From: Alphaproteobacteria bacterium
Lineage (GTDB): Bacteria > Pseudomonadota > Alphaproteobacteria > SP197
Direction of reading: 5' to 3'
DNA length: 64,000 nucleotides
Assembly: GCA_965116515.1 (NCBI GenBank)
Contig: OZ220705.1
Coordinates: 3,807,565-3,871,564, forward strand
Made by a program: the position numbers and the translations under genes. The number at the start of each line of letters is the position of its first letter. Within the stretch, counting starts at the first letter, position 1. Under the pieces are notes generated by a model. The model was given only the letters and a program-made list of their open reading frames with translations, searched no databases and was not told the DNA's origin. Shown here in pieces: positions 37,662 to 47,309 of this stretch.

Positions 37662-38795
37662 TCACTTGCGTCGCGCGACGACGAACGACTCGTCGACAAA
37701 CCACAGTCCGCCATGGCGCGTCACGACTTCGGCCGTCGCATCCAGGTAGGTGCTTTCGGACATGGCGTGGGTGATGCGCTCGTCGTCGATTTGGGCGACA
37801 TACACCGCGGCGTTCCACGCCGCCAGCCGGGTCGAGGTCCCGATGTTTTCGGCAACCTCGTTCGGCATGACGTGCAGGGAGTAGCGGAAAATGCTGCTCG
37901 ACTCGCTGTCGATGCCGAACTCGCGTTCCGGGTAGTCGGCCTCGAGCCGGGAGCGCAACTCCTGCATGAGCACCGGTCCCGGGGTTTGGAACGGTTCCTC
38001 CGAAGGCCAGATCTTGCGGATGATCTCCATGCCCGGGTCCTGTCCCGTCGACTGGATGGCGATCATGCGCCCGCCCTTCGCAAGCGAAGCGGCGAGAGGT
38101 TCAAGCACGAACCGCACCTTGAATTCGGCGGCGTGGCGTGCGCGATACGGCTGCGCCGCGATAACGAGGTCGTAGCCTCCCGGCGGTGCGCCCGGCTTGG
38201 GAATGACCGAATCGAGCATGAACCTGTGATCGGAGCGGTAGAGAACGATCACGGACGGTTCGACGTAAACCGGGTTGCCGGTCCTGGGGTTTGTGCGCAC
38301 CTTCCACCAGTCCGCCAGGACCGGGCGGAGGTCGGCGATCTGCCGGTCGAACTCGTGCGCGGTGTGGCCATCGAGGGCGACCTCACGCCAGTTGAGGCTT
38401 GGCCGTGCCTCGTCTTCGGTCGGGGACAGCCATGGCGCCTCGCGATAGTGCATGTTGGTAAGCGCCACGACGGTCTGCGGATGCTCGGAGAAACGATCGG
38501 GAAGCTTGTCCAGGGTGAGCCTCACGTCCTCAAGGCTGATCTCCTTTCCGACTACGAGAAACGGCACGGTGGGGAAGCGTCCGTGAAGCCGTCGGAGCAC
38601 ACCGGCCATCACGGTGCCGTCGCCCGTCCCGGCGTCAAACACCCGCAGCGCGGGAGGTTCGGGAGAGAGCTTGGAAAGCTCTGCGCCGATGCGCTCGCCG
38701 ATCGCCCACTTTTCGCCGCACGTGGTGACGAACAGCAGGTACTTTTCCCGGTTGTCAAAGAAGCGGAAGGGACGGTCGCCGCTCGTATCGTTCAT
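37662..38795 (-). CDS. Uncharacterised protein with class-I SAM-methyltransferase / spermidine-synthase-like core (377 aa)
   Basis: Motif-I-like VFDAGTGDGTVMAGVL, acidic beta-2 end FLVVGKEISLEDV, motif-IV-like YDLVIAAQPYRARH and LAKGGRMIAIQS. The ~130-aa C-terminal extension has no recognisable match. Family not identified. Confidence 0.55.
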   Translation of the reverse strand: MNDTSGDRPFRFFDNREKYLLFVTTCGEKWAIGERIGAELSKLSPEPPALRVFDAGTGDGTVMAGVLRRLHGRFPTVPFLVVGKEISLEDVRLTLDKLPDRFSEHPQTVVALTNMHYREAPWLSPTEDEARPSLNWREVALDGHTAHEFDRQIADLRPVLADWWKVRTNPRTGNPVYVEPSVIVLYRSDHRFMLDSVIPKPGAPPGGYDLVIAAQPYRARHAAEFKVRFVLEPLAASLAKGGRMIAIQSTGQDPGMEIIRKIWPSEEPFQTPGPVLMQELRSRLEADYPEREFGIDSESSSIFRYSLHVMPNEVAENIGTSTRLAAWNAAVYVAQIDDERITHAMSESTYLDATAEVVTRHGGLWFVDESFVVARRK

Positions 38796-39049
38796 CAGAT
38801 CATCGCTCCATGACGCATCGCAAGACGGTGCGGAACACCCAGGTCATCCAGTTGCAGGATTCGACAAGGGGGCGGTCGCCGGGAAGGAACTACCACCTGA
38901 CGGATCGTTGAGGGAGCCGGACTGGGCCCCGGCGCGAAAGCGAAGGACAAGCCACCGGACCCCAACGCCGGCGCGCCGGCCTTCGACTACACACCGGTCG
39001 ACGGGGATAAGGCCAAGTACATCGCACGAGGTCATGACGGAAAGGTTGC

Positions 39050-39826
39050 CTAGAGCACACCGGACTGACTTTCGGGCAAGATCTGGCCGCCGTCTACGAT
39101 GATGGTCTGGCCGGTCACGTAACGTGCCTCTTCACTGGCCAGGTAGAGCGCCGCGTACGCGATATCCTCGGGTTCACCGAGTTCGCCCATGGGAATTGCA
39201 GGCACCATCGTCTCCTCCTGCTCGCGCGCCTCACGCGAACCGGGACGGCGGATCAGGATATTGCCGGGTTCGACGGCGTTGATCGTGACACCCTGTTTGG
39301 CGACTTCCAGAGCCGCGGACTTGATGAATCCATTCACACCGGCCTTCGAGGCACAGTAGTGGCTCCACTCCGGCATGGCCACCCGCGGGCCCGAGATTGA
39401 TGACGTCACAACGATCCGTCCGTACTTGCGGCGGATCATGTGAGGCAGAACGGCCTTCGTAATCAGAAAGAGACTCTTGAGGTTCGTGTCGAGCACGTGA
39501 TCCCACTCGGCCTCCTTCATCTTCGTGATCATCGACGACGGGTAAACACCCGCGTTGTGGGCGACAATATCGATCGCTCCGAGCCGCTTCCGAGCTTCGG
39601 CGATCATCGCCTTGACCTGCTTCGCACTGGCGACGTCGGTCGCCATCGCCGAGGCATCTCCGCCGGTCTTCGAGATCACGCGGGCGACCGCCTCTCCGCG
39701 GCTCACGGTGCGCGTGGCGATCACGACCCGTGCCCCCTCCGCTGCGAAAATCCTGGCAATGCCGGCTCCGATACCACGCCCTCCCCCGGTCACAAGCGCG
39801 GTTTTTCCGTTCAGCCGTCCACCCAT
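39050..39826 (-). CDS. Short-chain dehydrogenase/reductase (SDR) family oxidoreductase
   Basis: From ATG 39826: MGGRLNGKTALVTGGGRGIGAGIARIFAAEGARVV...NAG...YCASKAGVNGFIKSAALE...: TGxxxGxG, NAG and YxxxK motifs (258 aa). The upstream extension of the 375-aa ORF is rejected. Confidence 0.85.
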   Translation of the reverse strand: MGGRLNGKTALVTGGGRGIGAGIARIFAAEGARVVIATRTVSRGEAVARVISKTGGDASAMATDVASAKQVKAMIAEARKRLGAIDIVAHNAGVYPSSMITKMKEAEWDHVLDTNLKSLFLITKAVLPHMIRRKYGRIVVTSSISGPRVAMPEWSHYCASKAGVNGFIKSAALEVAKQGVTINAVEPGNILIRRPGSREAREQEETMVPAIPMGELGEPEDIAYAALYLASEEARYVTGQTIIVDGGQILPESQSGVL

Positions 39827-40190
39827 GGTGCGTCCTCTTCCCTGGCACTGACGCACAAGTCTGAGCGAAGGGAGGGGCCGTGACAAGACTACACAACTAA
39901 AAGGTTTTTTCGGTTTGCTGCGCGCCTGTTCCCATGGGCCTGCCGCGAAGAGTATCAACAAGGCCGGCACGGCCGACGTGGGATTGATGAACGCGTGCGG
40001 ACCGATGAATTTACCCGAAGAACGACATTCACTACCAAAGAGCGAAACCGGCAATCCCAGGGCCTGCGTGTGGCGCTGGCAGGAGCGGTCCATGCACCAA
40101 GATGTCGATGGCCTTGCAGCACGGATGGGACTATCATGGACTGATTTCAAGAGCCCAGGAAAGAAAGCCCAAGACAAGGGAGAATCTCCA

Positions 40191-41321
40191 ATGACGAAGC
40201 CTCAATTCCCAATGACACCTGACCAGTTTCTCAAGTGCAGAAAGTTCGATCGTCGCACGACTCTAGGCATGCTTGCCGCCGTTGGCATCGGTACGACAAC
40301 AGTTCCGATGGTAAGTCGCAATGCAAGCGCTCAGAGTGATGATTTGCTGGTTTTCACGTGGGATGTCTATGCTGTTCCGGAGATGTATCAGAGTTTTCTC
40401 GATGAATACGGAAAGGCCCCCGAGTTCTCGTATTTCGGAGACCTCCAGGAGGCCTTCATCAAGCTCCAGGCAGGGTACAAGCCTGATATCTCGACAACAG
40501 GATACGAATCAATTCGGCGCTGGAGGGACGCAGGCCTGATTGCACCGATCGACACATCACGGTTGACGCATTGGCCTGACGTGTTCGAAAGGCTCAAGGG
40601 CACCGGTGCGCTGGAGGATGGAATCCAGTGGGCTGTACCGTTCATTTGGGGCAGCAATTCCGTCATCTTCCGTACGGACATGGCGCCCGAGTATGTAGAC
40701 AACCATACTTGGGAGATTCTTTGGGACCCGAAGTACACGGGCCGTCTCGCAATGCGGGATTCCGCTGATGAGGCAGCCATTCCGGCGGCGTTGGTCGCAG
40801 GTGTCGCGGACCCGTTCAACATGGGGGACGAGGACATTGCCAAGGTTCACGACCTTCTCAGGGAACAGCGCGAGTTGGTACGCTTCTACTACAGTGACAA
40901 CACTTCACTCGCTCAATCAATTGCCGCAGGCGAGGTCGTGGCCGCCTACGCCTGGAGCGACGTATACGCCGAACTCCGGGCACAAGGCGTGCCTGTCGCA
41001 TTTATGGCGCCAAGGGAAGGCTTGATTACGTGGATTGATCTTTCGGTGCTTGTTGAGGGTGCCTCCGCCTCAGACGATGTGAGATATGCTTACCTGGATA
41101 CTACTCTTGCCCCGGAGTCCGGTGTGTACGCGATTGAGGAGTATGCGTACGGGCATGCGAATCAGAAGGCCTTCGAAGAAGCCAATCTGGATGTTTTGAA
41201 ACAGTTGGGCTGGACCGACCCGGAGGCGGTCATTTCTTCAGGGGTGTTGCTGGAACCCTTCTCGACGGACAGCCAGGAAAAGATCAACCGCCTGTTTATC
41301 GATGTGAAGGCCGGCATCTAG
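40191..41321 (+). CDS. Polyamine (spermidine/putrescine) ABC transporter substrate-binding protein, PotD/PotF-like, Tat signal; orphan
   Basis: ATG 40191 preceded by AAGGGAGAA. MTKPQFPMTPDQFLKCRKFDRRTTLGMLAAVGIGTTTVPMVSRNASA (RR motif), then a PotD-like body (376 aa). GC ~50% versus ~65% in the flanks. No cognate permease or ATPase. Confidence 0.75.
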   Translation: MTKPQFPMTPDQFLKCRKFDRRTTLGMLAAVGIGTTTVPMVSRNASAQSDDLLVFTWDVYAVPEMYQSFLDEYGKAPEFSYFGDLQEAFIKLQAGYKPDISTTGYESIRRWRDAGLIAPIDTSRLTHWPDVFERLKGTGALEDGIQWAVPFIWGSNSVIFRTDMAPEYVDNHTWEILWDPKYTGRLAMRDSADEAAIPAALVAGVADPFNMGDEDIAKVHDLLREQRELVRFYYSDNTSLAQSIAAGEVVAAYAWSDVYAELRAQGVPVAFMAPREGLITWIDLSVLVEGASASDDVRYAYLDTTLAPESGVYAIEEYAYGHANQKAFEEANLDVLKQLGWTDPEAVISSGVLLEPFSTDSQEKINRLFIDVKAGI

Positions 41322-41821
41322 AAAAGGAAATCCAGGACAGAATGACAGACCATTTTTCCCGTGGAAACCCGTGTCCCGTGATGCAAGTACTCGGACCGCG
41401 CTTCCGTGGGCAGTCGTCTTCGCCCAAGGATGGCCAAACCCGTCGACGACGAGATTGGCAATTGAGTACAGCTGTGTCTTCCACGTTTTGAGATTCTGTT
41501 CGAACCGGTTCAAGTCGGACCGGGGATCGCGCGCAACAGATTCTACCAGGCGCCGCACTGCATTGTTCTTGACCATTTTCACGCGACGTCCATGGCAACA
41601 ATGCGTGGTATCAAGGCTGAAGGCGGCTGGGCGGTTGTCGGTACCGAACAGTGTGCGATTCGTCCTTCAGCGGACAGCGCGCCTCGGGTTGAATCGCGAC
41701 TTTGGGCATGGTTCCTCTTGATTGCGCTCGGGGAACGAAGGGTCGTGGCATCCGTTCCCGTGCGACTGGTCTTGGGAAGAAAGAACGACCCTTGATCAGC
41801 AAATGAGGGCCGCCGAATGCG

Positions 41822-43309
41822 TCAGGCGGTGTCCGGCGACCACGTCAGGACGGGACGGCGGGCGGCAGCCGTTTCGTCCAACCGCTTCCAGGGGGCGAAA
41901 CGCGGTGCGCTGAGGAAGAGTTCCTGGTTCCCCTTCCTCGCCTCGTCTGCCAGATGCACCATGACATCGCAGAACCGGTCAATGCTCTGACGGCTTTCGG
42001 TTTCCGTCGGCTCGATGAGCATGGCGCCATGGACGATAAGCGGAAAATACATGGTCATGGGATGGTATCCCTCGTCGATCATCGCCTTGGCAATGTCGAG
42101 GGTGGAGATCCCCGTGTCCTTCAGATTGCGGTCATCGAACAGGCACTCGTGCATGCACGGCCCCGGAAATGGCGCGTTGTAGGCACCGGAAAGACGCGCC
42201 AGCACGTAGTTGGCATTGAGCACGGCATCCTCGGCGACCTGGCGCAACCCGTCGGCGCCATGACTCATCATATAGGCGAGTGCCCGCACGAACATGCCCA
42301 TCTGCCCGTGGAATGCGCGCAGGCGGCCGAACGCCCGTCCGTCGCTGTCGTGTTCGATGAGTTGCCAGCCATCACCATCAGCCTCGATACGCGGCAACGG
42401 CGCAAAGGGCAGCAGTTCTTCGCAGAGAACCACCGGACCGCTTCCCGGACCACCGCCTCCATGGGGAGTCGAGAAGGTCTTGTGGAGATTGATGTGCATC
42501 GCGTCAACGCCGAGGTCCCCCGGCCTCACCCGGCCGACGATGGCGTTGAAGTTGGCGCCATCGGCATAGAGAAAGGCTCCGGCAGAGTGCAGCATGCCGG
42601 CGATCGTCATGATGTCGGTCTCGAAGAGCCCGCAGGTGTTGGGATTGGTCAGCATGAGGGCGGCGACATCGTCGTCGAGGGCCCGCTCGAAGGCAGCCAG
42701 GTCGACACGCCCTCTCGCGTCGCAGGGCACGGTGTCGACCCTGTAGTCGCAGAGCGCTGCCGTCGCCGGGTTGGTGCCGTGGGCCGACTCGGGAACGAGG
42801 ATCCTGCGCCGCGCATCACCCCTGGCCGTGAGAGCGGCGCGAATGCACATCAGACCGGCGAACTCGCCGTGCGCGCCGGCCGCCGGTGACATGGCCACAC
42901 CCTGCATCCCGGTGAGAGTGGTGAGCCAGTGCGCCAGTGTGGCGATGAGTTCCAGGCAACCCTGTGCCGTCGCCTGTGGCTGCAAGGGGTGCGCCATTGC
43001 AAATCCCGGCAATCTGACGACCTTCTCGTTGAGCCGGGGATTGTGCTTCATGGTGCACGATCCCAGGGGGTAGAGACCCGAATCGATCGCGTAGTTCTTT
43101 TGCGACAACCGCGTGAAGTGACGGATCACCTCGGGCTCCGAGACTCCCGGCAGACCGATGGCCTGGCGCGGCCTGACGCCACCCAGCTTCGGCGTCCTCC
43201 CTTCCGGTTCCGGAAGATCGACCCCGCTGCGCCCGCCACCGCCGAGTTCGAACAGCAGCGGCTCGTCCATCACCAGGCCGCGATGGCCACCCGATGTCAT
43301 GCCGCTCAT
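41822..43309 (-). CDS. gcvPB: Glycine dehydrogenase (decarboxylating) subunit 2
   Basis: ATG at 43309 overlaps the gcvPA stop (ATGA). ...[25 protein letters not shown]... to ...[10 protein letters not shown] (495 aa). PLP-binding region present. Confidence 0.9.
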   Translation of the reverse strand: MSGMTSGGHRGLVMDEPLLFELGGGGRSGVDLPEPEGRTPKLGGVRPRQAIGLPGVSEPEVIRHFTRLSQKNYAIDSGLYPLGSCTMKHNPRLNEKVVRLPGFAMAHPLQPQATAQGCLELIATLAHWLTTLTGMQGVAMSPAAGAHGEFAGLMCIRAALTARGDARRRILVPESAHGTNPATAALCDYRVDTVPCDARGRVDLAAFERALDDDVAALMLTNPNTCGLFETDIMTIAGMLHSAGAFLYADGANFNAIVGRVRPGDLGVDAMHINLHKTFSTPHGGGGPGSGPVVLCEELLPFAPLPRIEADGDGWQLIEHDSDGRAFGRLRAFHGQMGMFVRALAYMMSHGADGLRQVAEDAVLNANYVLARLSGAYNAPFPGPCMHECLFDDRNLKDTGISTLDIAKAMIDEGYHPMTMYFPLIVHGAMLIEPTETESRQSIDRFCDVMVHLADEARKGNQELFLSAPRFAPWKRLDETAAARRPVLTWSPDTA

Positions 43310-44649
43310 GACAGGATCTCCTGCAGTGCGCCGGCAAGGGCGTCGATCTCTCCGGTCGTCGTCAGTTCCGTTGCGGCCACCAGCATCAGGTTCGCGAGCG
43401 CGCCGTTCGCCGGCTCGAACCGAGACAGCGGCACACCTCCCAGGATGTCCCGTTCCGCGAGCTGGTCGACGACCTCCGCGGCGGGCCCGGGAAGCTCGAT
43501 CGTGAACTCGTTGAAGAAGCCATCGTTCGGCGTGGAAACCCCGTTGATGGCGATCAGTCGTTCCATGGTCCGCTGCGCCGCTTCGTGGTTGAGGGCGGCC
43601 AGCCGGGCAAGGCCATGTTCTCCGAGCAACGCGAGATGGATGGTGAAGGCAAGGGCGCACAGGCCCGAGTTGGTGCAGATGTTGCTGGTCGCCTTTTCAC
43701 GGCGGATGTGCTGCTCGCGTGTCGACAGGGTGAGAACCCAGCCCCTGCGCCCGTCCGCATCCACAGTCTCGCCAGCCAACCGCCCTGGCATCTGCCGGAC
43801 ATGGCGTTTCCTGGTGGCAAAAAGACCGACATAGGGCCCGCCAAATCCCAGGGAGTTGCCCAGTGACTGGCCCTCGCAAACGACGATGTCGGCCCCCATG
43901 TCGCCTGGCGGGGCGAGAAGGCCGAGAGACACCACTTCGTTCACGGCGACAACCAGAAGGGCACCCGCCCTGTGGCAGGCTTCCGCAAGTGCCGAGAAGT
44001 CATGAAGACGGCCGAAGATATCCGGGTTCTGTACGACGACACAGGCTGTCGACCCATCGATCTGCGACTCGAGGTCAGCCTCCTGAACAGCCATTGGCAG
44101 ATTCACGACATCAAGGTCGGCATGGCGCACATAGGTGGCCACGGTATCGCGGTAGTGGGGATGAAGCCCGCCCGACACAACGGCCCGCCGCCGTCGCGTC
44201 ACACGGCTTGCCATGAGAACGGCTTCCGCCGCCGCCGACGCTCCGTCATACATCGATGCGTTGGCGACCTCCATGCCTGTCAGCATGGCCACCATGGTCT
44301 GGAACTCGAAGAGCATCTGCAGGGTGCCCTGGGAAATCTCCGGCTGATAGGGCGTGTAGGACGTGAGAAACTCGCCCCGCTGGATGAGGGCATCCACGGC
44401 CGCCGGCACATGGTGGCGATAGGCGCCGCAGCCGAGGAAGAACGGCGCATTGCCGCCGTGCAGGTTTTTCTCCGCCATGGCCGAGAGCGCCCTCTCGACC
44501 TCGATTTCTCCCTGGTGGAGCGGCAGGTCGAGAAGTTCCTCGCACCATACGTCCTGGGGAACATCACCGTAGAGATCGTCGATGCCGCGGGCTCCGACCA
44601 CCTCGAGCATGGAGGCGCGGTCGGTATCCGTCAGGGGCAGATAGCGCAT
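43306..44649 (-). CDS. gcvPA: Glycine dehydrogenase (decarboxylating) subunit 1
   Basis: 447-aa [37 protein letters not shown]...[40 protein letters not shown]... Confidence 0.93.
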   Translation of the reverse strand: MRYLPLTDTDRASMLEVVGARGIDDLYGDVPQDVWCEELLDLPLHQGEIEVERALSAMAEKNLHGGNAPFFLGCGAYRHHVPAAVDALIQRGEFLTSYTPYQPEISQGTLQMLFEFQTMVAMLTGMEVANASMYDGASAAAEAVLMASRVTRRRRAVVSGGLHPHYRDTVATYVRHADLDVVNLPMAVQEADLESQIDGSTACVVVQNPDIFGRLHDFSALAEACHRAGALLVVAVNEVVSLGLLAPPGDMGADIVVCEGQSLGNSLGFGGPYVGLFATRKRHVRQMPGRLAGETVDADGRRGWVLTLSTREQHIRREKATSNICTNSGLCALAFTIHLALLGEHGLARLAALNHEAAQRTMERLIAINGVSTPNDGFFNEFTIELPGPAAEVVDQLAERDILGGVPLSRFEPANGALANLMLVAATELTTTGEIDALAGALQEILS

Positions 44650-45026
44650 CAGGCAAGCTCCCCGAGGTATTCTCGGTAGGCATCCTCGTCCATCAATTCG
44701 TGGAGTTCCCCGGCATCCGCGAGCCGGATCCGCACAAACCAGCCCGAACCATAGGGATTGGCATTGACCTCCGCCGGATCATCGCCAAGCGCGTCGTTGA
44801 CCTCGACGACCTCTCCGGAGACGGGAGCGTAGACTTCGCTGGCCGCCTTGACCGATTCGACGACGCACAGTTCGTCACCGCTCTCCACCTCGTGTCCTGA
44901 TTCCGGCAGCTCCACGAAGACGACATCGCCGAGTTGTTCCTGGGCATAGTCGGAAATGCCGACGGTGCCGATGCCATCGTCGACATCGATCCACTCGTGT
45001 TCCCTGCTGTAGAGTCTCTTCCCCAT
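44649..45026 (-). CDS. gcvH: Glycine cleavage system H protein
   Basis: From ATG 45026: [47 protein letters not shown]...[18 protein letters not shown]... with the lipoyl-lysine VESVKA motif (125 aa). Confidence 0.93.
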   Translation of the reverse strand: MGKRLYSREHEWIDVDDGIGTVGISDYAQEQLGDVVFVELPESGHEVESGDELCVVESVKAASEVYAPVSGEVVEVNDALGDDPAEVNANPYGSGWFVRIRLADAGELHELMDEDAYREYLGELA

Positions 45027-45054
45027 GGGGTCGTCTCCCTTCACGTCAATGGTG

Positions 45055-46182
45055 TCATGACCGGTGATAGCGGTGCGGCACAAACGGCAGCGACCGGATC
45101 TCGGCCTCTATCCATGAACTCCGTCTCTCGACCTCGACCACAGTCCCTGTCACGGCCGCCTCGCCCGCCACATAGCCCATGGCGACCGGCCGTTCCGCCG
45201 TCGGTCCGAAGACGCCGCTCGTCACGGTCCCGAGAGGCGCGCCCGACGAGGAGCGGATGGCCGCTCCTTCCCTCACCGGCGCCCTTCCTTGCGGAACCAG
45301 ACCGACCCGGCGCCTCGGCGGGCCGTCACGCAGTTGCGAGACAATCACGTCGGCGCCGGGAAAACCGCCCTCGAGACGCCGCCGCTTCTGGATGGACCAG
45401 GCGAGTCCGGCCTCCACCGGTGTCGTCGTGGTGTCGATATCGTGGCCGTGAAGGCACAGGCCGGCCTCCAGACGCAGACTGTCCCGCGCGCCGAGCCCGG
45501 CCGCCTCGACACCGTCCGCGGCAAGCAGTCGCCGTGCCAGGGCTTCGACGCCGCCGGAGGATACCGACACCTCCACGCCGTCCTCGCCGGTGTATCCGGA
45601 ACGGCTGACCATGAGTGTCTCGCCGTCAAGGGTCCAAAGCGCCGCCTGCATGAAGGAAAGGCCTTGCGAATCCGGGACCAGGCGAGCGAAAGCGGCCACG
45701 GCTGCCGGCCCCTGCAGGGCGACGAGCGCCCTTTTCTCGAGGACCTCGATGTCGCATTCCTCGCCGATCAGCACCTTCAGGCGCTCGATGTCGTCGTGCT
45801 TGCAGGCCGCGTTCACCACCAGCCACAGGTGATCGCCGAGCGAGGTCACCATCAGGTCGTCGAGTATGCCCCCCGTGCCGTTGGTAAACTGGGTGTAGCG
45901 CTGTCTTCCGGGGCCAAGGCCGACTATGTCGGCCGCCACCAGGCGTTCGAGCGCGCGGGCCACGCTTTCCATGGACGCCCCGGGTCTGGCCGAGAGGCGC
46001 ACCTGACCCATGTGGGAGACATCGAAGAGGCTGGCAGAGCCGCGCGTGTGGCGATGTTCGGCAAGAATGCCGGCCCTGTACTGCAACGGCATTGCATAGC
46101 CGGCAAAGGGGACCATGCGGGCTCCGAGCTCCCGGTGAAGGGCGCCAAGCGGAGTCTCGAGGAGAGCGTCTTCAGGGGTCAC
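45055..46182 (-). CDS. gcvT: Glycine cleavage system aminomethyltransferase T
   Basis: ORF 45055-46218: ...LETPLGALHRELGARMVPFAGYAMPLQYRAGILAEH.... GTG at 46182 (MTPEDALLETPL...) fits homolog N-termini better than the GTG at 46218. Confidence 0.88.
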   Translation of the reverse strand: MTPEDALLETPLGALHRELGARMVPFAGYAMPLQYRAGILAEHRHTRGSASLFDVSHMGQVRLSARPGASMESVARALERLVAADIVGLGPGRQRYTQFTNGTGGILDDLMVTSLGDHLWLVVNAACKHDDIERLKVLIGEECDIEVLEKRALVALQGPAAVAAFARLVPDSQGLSFMQAALWTLDGETLMVSRSGYTGEDGVEVSVSSGGVEALARRLLAADGVEAAGLGARDSLRLEAGLCLHGHDIDTTTTPVEAGLAWSIQKRRRLEGGFPGADVIVSQLRDGPPRRRVGLVPQGRAPVREGAAIRSSSGAPLGTVTSGVFGPTAERPVAMGYVAGEAAVTGTVVEVERRSSWIEAEIRSLPFVPHRYHRS

Positions 46183-46231
46183 CGAACCTGTCCCGGCCGT
46201 TGCAATGAGGGCGCACACACGCCCGTCTTGC

Positions 46232-46410
46232 CCCCTCTGTCACCGAACCTGAGAGCATCACCGGAACACCGGCTTTCCCCTTCGGTGAGAAGACGCATCA
46301 GCGTCTTCTTCTCTCCAGAGCGGCCATTCACCTGCGGTCCCTTTGCCTGAGAGATTTCGGGACAGATTGCACCTTCGGCGCCGGTCTCGGGACCGGTCTC
46401 TCCCGCAGGT
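46232..46410 (-). promoter_or_regulatory. Tandem glycine riboswitch (two aptamers) in the gcvT 5' UTR
   Basis: Minus-strand transcript: GGGAGAGACCGGUCCCGAGACCGGCGCCGAAGGUGCAAUCUGUCCCGAAAUCUCUCAGGCAAAGGGACCGCAGG (aptamer 1), then CUCUGGAGAGAAGAAGACGCUGAUGCGUCUUCUCACCGAAGGGGAAAGCCGGUGUUCCGGUGAUGCUCUCAGGUUCGGUGACAG (aptamer 2). Hallmarks GGAGAG, C[GA]CCGAAGG[GU]GCAA/GAAA and CUCUCAGG are all present. Confidence 0.85.
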
Positions 46411-46617
46411 TTCAGCGGCCATCAGGACTATTGAACCCCCCACCTGTCGTGTCAACCTCCAACCTCCCGGAAACCAGGGACAATCCAGTCTCCAGGACTC
46501 CCGGGTGCGACGGAAAAACAATGGCCGGAGAATGGACTCGCCATGATGTGGACTTGCAGAGAGGAGGCCATAGCTGCCTGCTGGTGAAGGAGATTTCCAG
46601 GCTTGGAGCGATCCGTC

Positions 46618-46878
46618 ATGGAACTTCCCAATCGCGAGGCGAAAGCACGCCTCTCCGAACTGATTACCGCCGCTCGCAACGGCGAGCGCGTGATTGTCAC
46701 AAGGCACAGCCAGCCGGCCGCTGAACTGATGCGCCGTGACCGGCGCGGCGGGATTGACTTCGACAGGCTGGAGGCTGCCCGACGACGTCTCGGGATCAAG
46801 GACGACGGGGAAGGCTGGCCGGAGGAATTCAACGATCCCGCCTTCAGCCGGAAGGTGCTTGGGCTCGACGAAGAGTAG
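46618..46878 (+). CDS. Type II antitoxin, Phd/YefM family
   Basis: ATG 46618 with GGAGCG 8 nt upstream. MELPNREAKARLSELITAARNGERVIVTRHSQPAAELM..., the Phd/YefM-type N-terminus (86 aa). Stop TAG 46876-46878, 11 nt before the toxin ORF. Confidence 0.8.
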   Translation: MELPNREAKARLSELITAARNGERVIVTRHSQPAAELMRRDRRGGIDFDRLEAARRRLGIKDDGEGWPEEFNDPAFSRKVLGLDEE

Positions 46879-46889
46879 CGGGACGGACA

Positions 46890-47309
46890 TTGCGCGTTCT
46901 GCTCGATACAACCTGCCTGTTCGACTTCATGGAGAGGCCCGGCATGTTCCTGGATTCCGAACGCCGGGTGCTGTCAGCGTGAGAGGCAGATTCTTGCGTC
47001 AGCACCGTTTCGATCTGGGAAATGCATCTCAAGCACAATGCTCGCCACCGGTCGGGCCAGCGCAAAAGCCGCTTCTCTCCCGGGGATGTTGTCGCCGCGC
47101 TGGAAGAACAGGACATGAAGTTCCTGCCGATGACCATGCGCCATGCCGCCAGCGAACTCGAGATACCGCTGAGCCACAACGATCCGTTCGACGAACTGCT
47201 ACTGGTCCAGGCACAAGAGGAAGGTCTCCGGCTGCTTACCGTGGACAAGCGACTATTGGTCATCCTCTTACGGTGGCCGTTCACGAGCTTGAGTAGATGT
47301 CCCCTATGA
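46890..47309 (+). pseudogene. PIN-domain (VapC-like) toxin gene interrupted by one in-frame TGA at 46980-46982
   Basis: TTG 46890: (M)RVLLDTTCLFDFMERPGMFLDSERRVLSA*EADSCVSTVSIWEMHLKHNARH...HNDPFDELLLVQAQEEGLRLLTVDKRLL. All four PIN acidic positions (D5, E in SIWE, D in DPFD, D in TVDKR) are retained. A single nonsense codon splits a 139-codon frame. Confidence 0.75.

Noticed and set aside
41238-41721. Short ORFs in the low-GC tail (41238-41582 -, 41296-41601 -, 41371-41721 +, 41592-41795 +)
   Set aside because: Mutually overlapping on both strands, with no start context or recognisable family. They could be remnants, but none can be supported as a gene.
46980-46982. TGA inside the PIN-toxin frame as a selenocysteine or recoded codon
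   Set aside because: PIN toxins are not selenoproteins, there is no SECIS-like hairpin immediately downstream, and no evidence of alternative genetic code elsewhere (TGA is used as a normal stop by many genes here). A nonsense mutation or sequencing error is more parsimonious.
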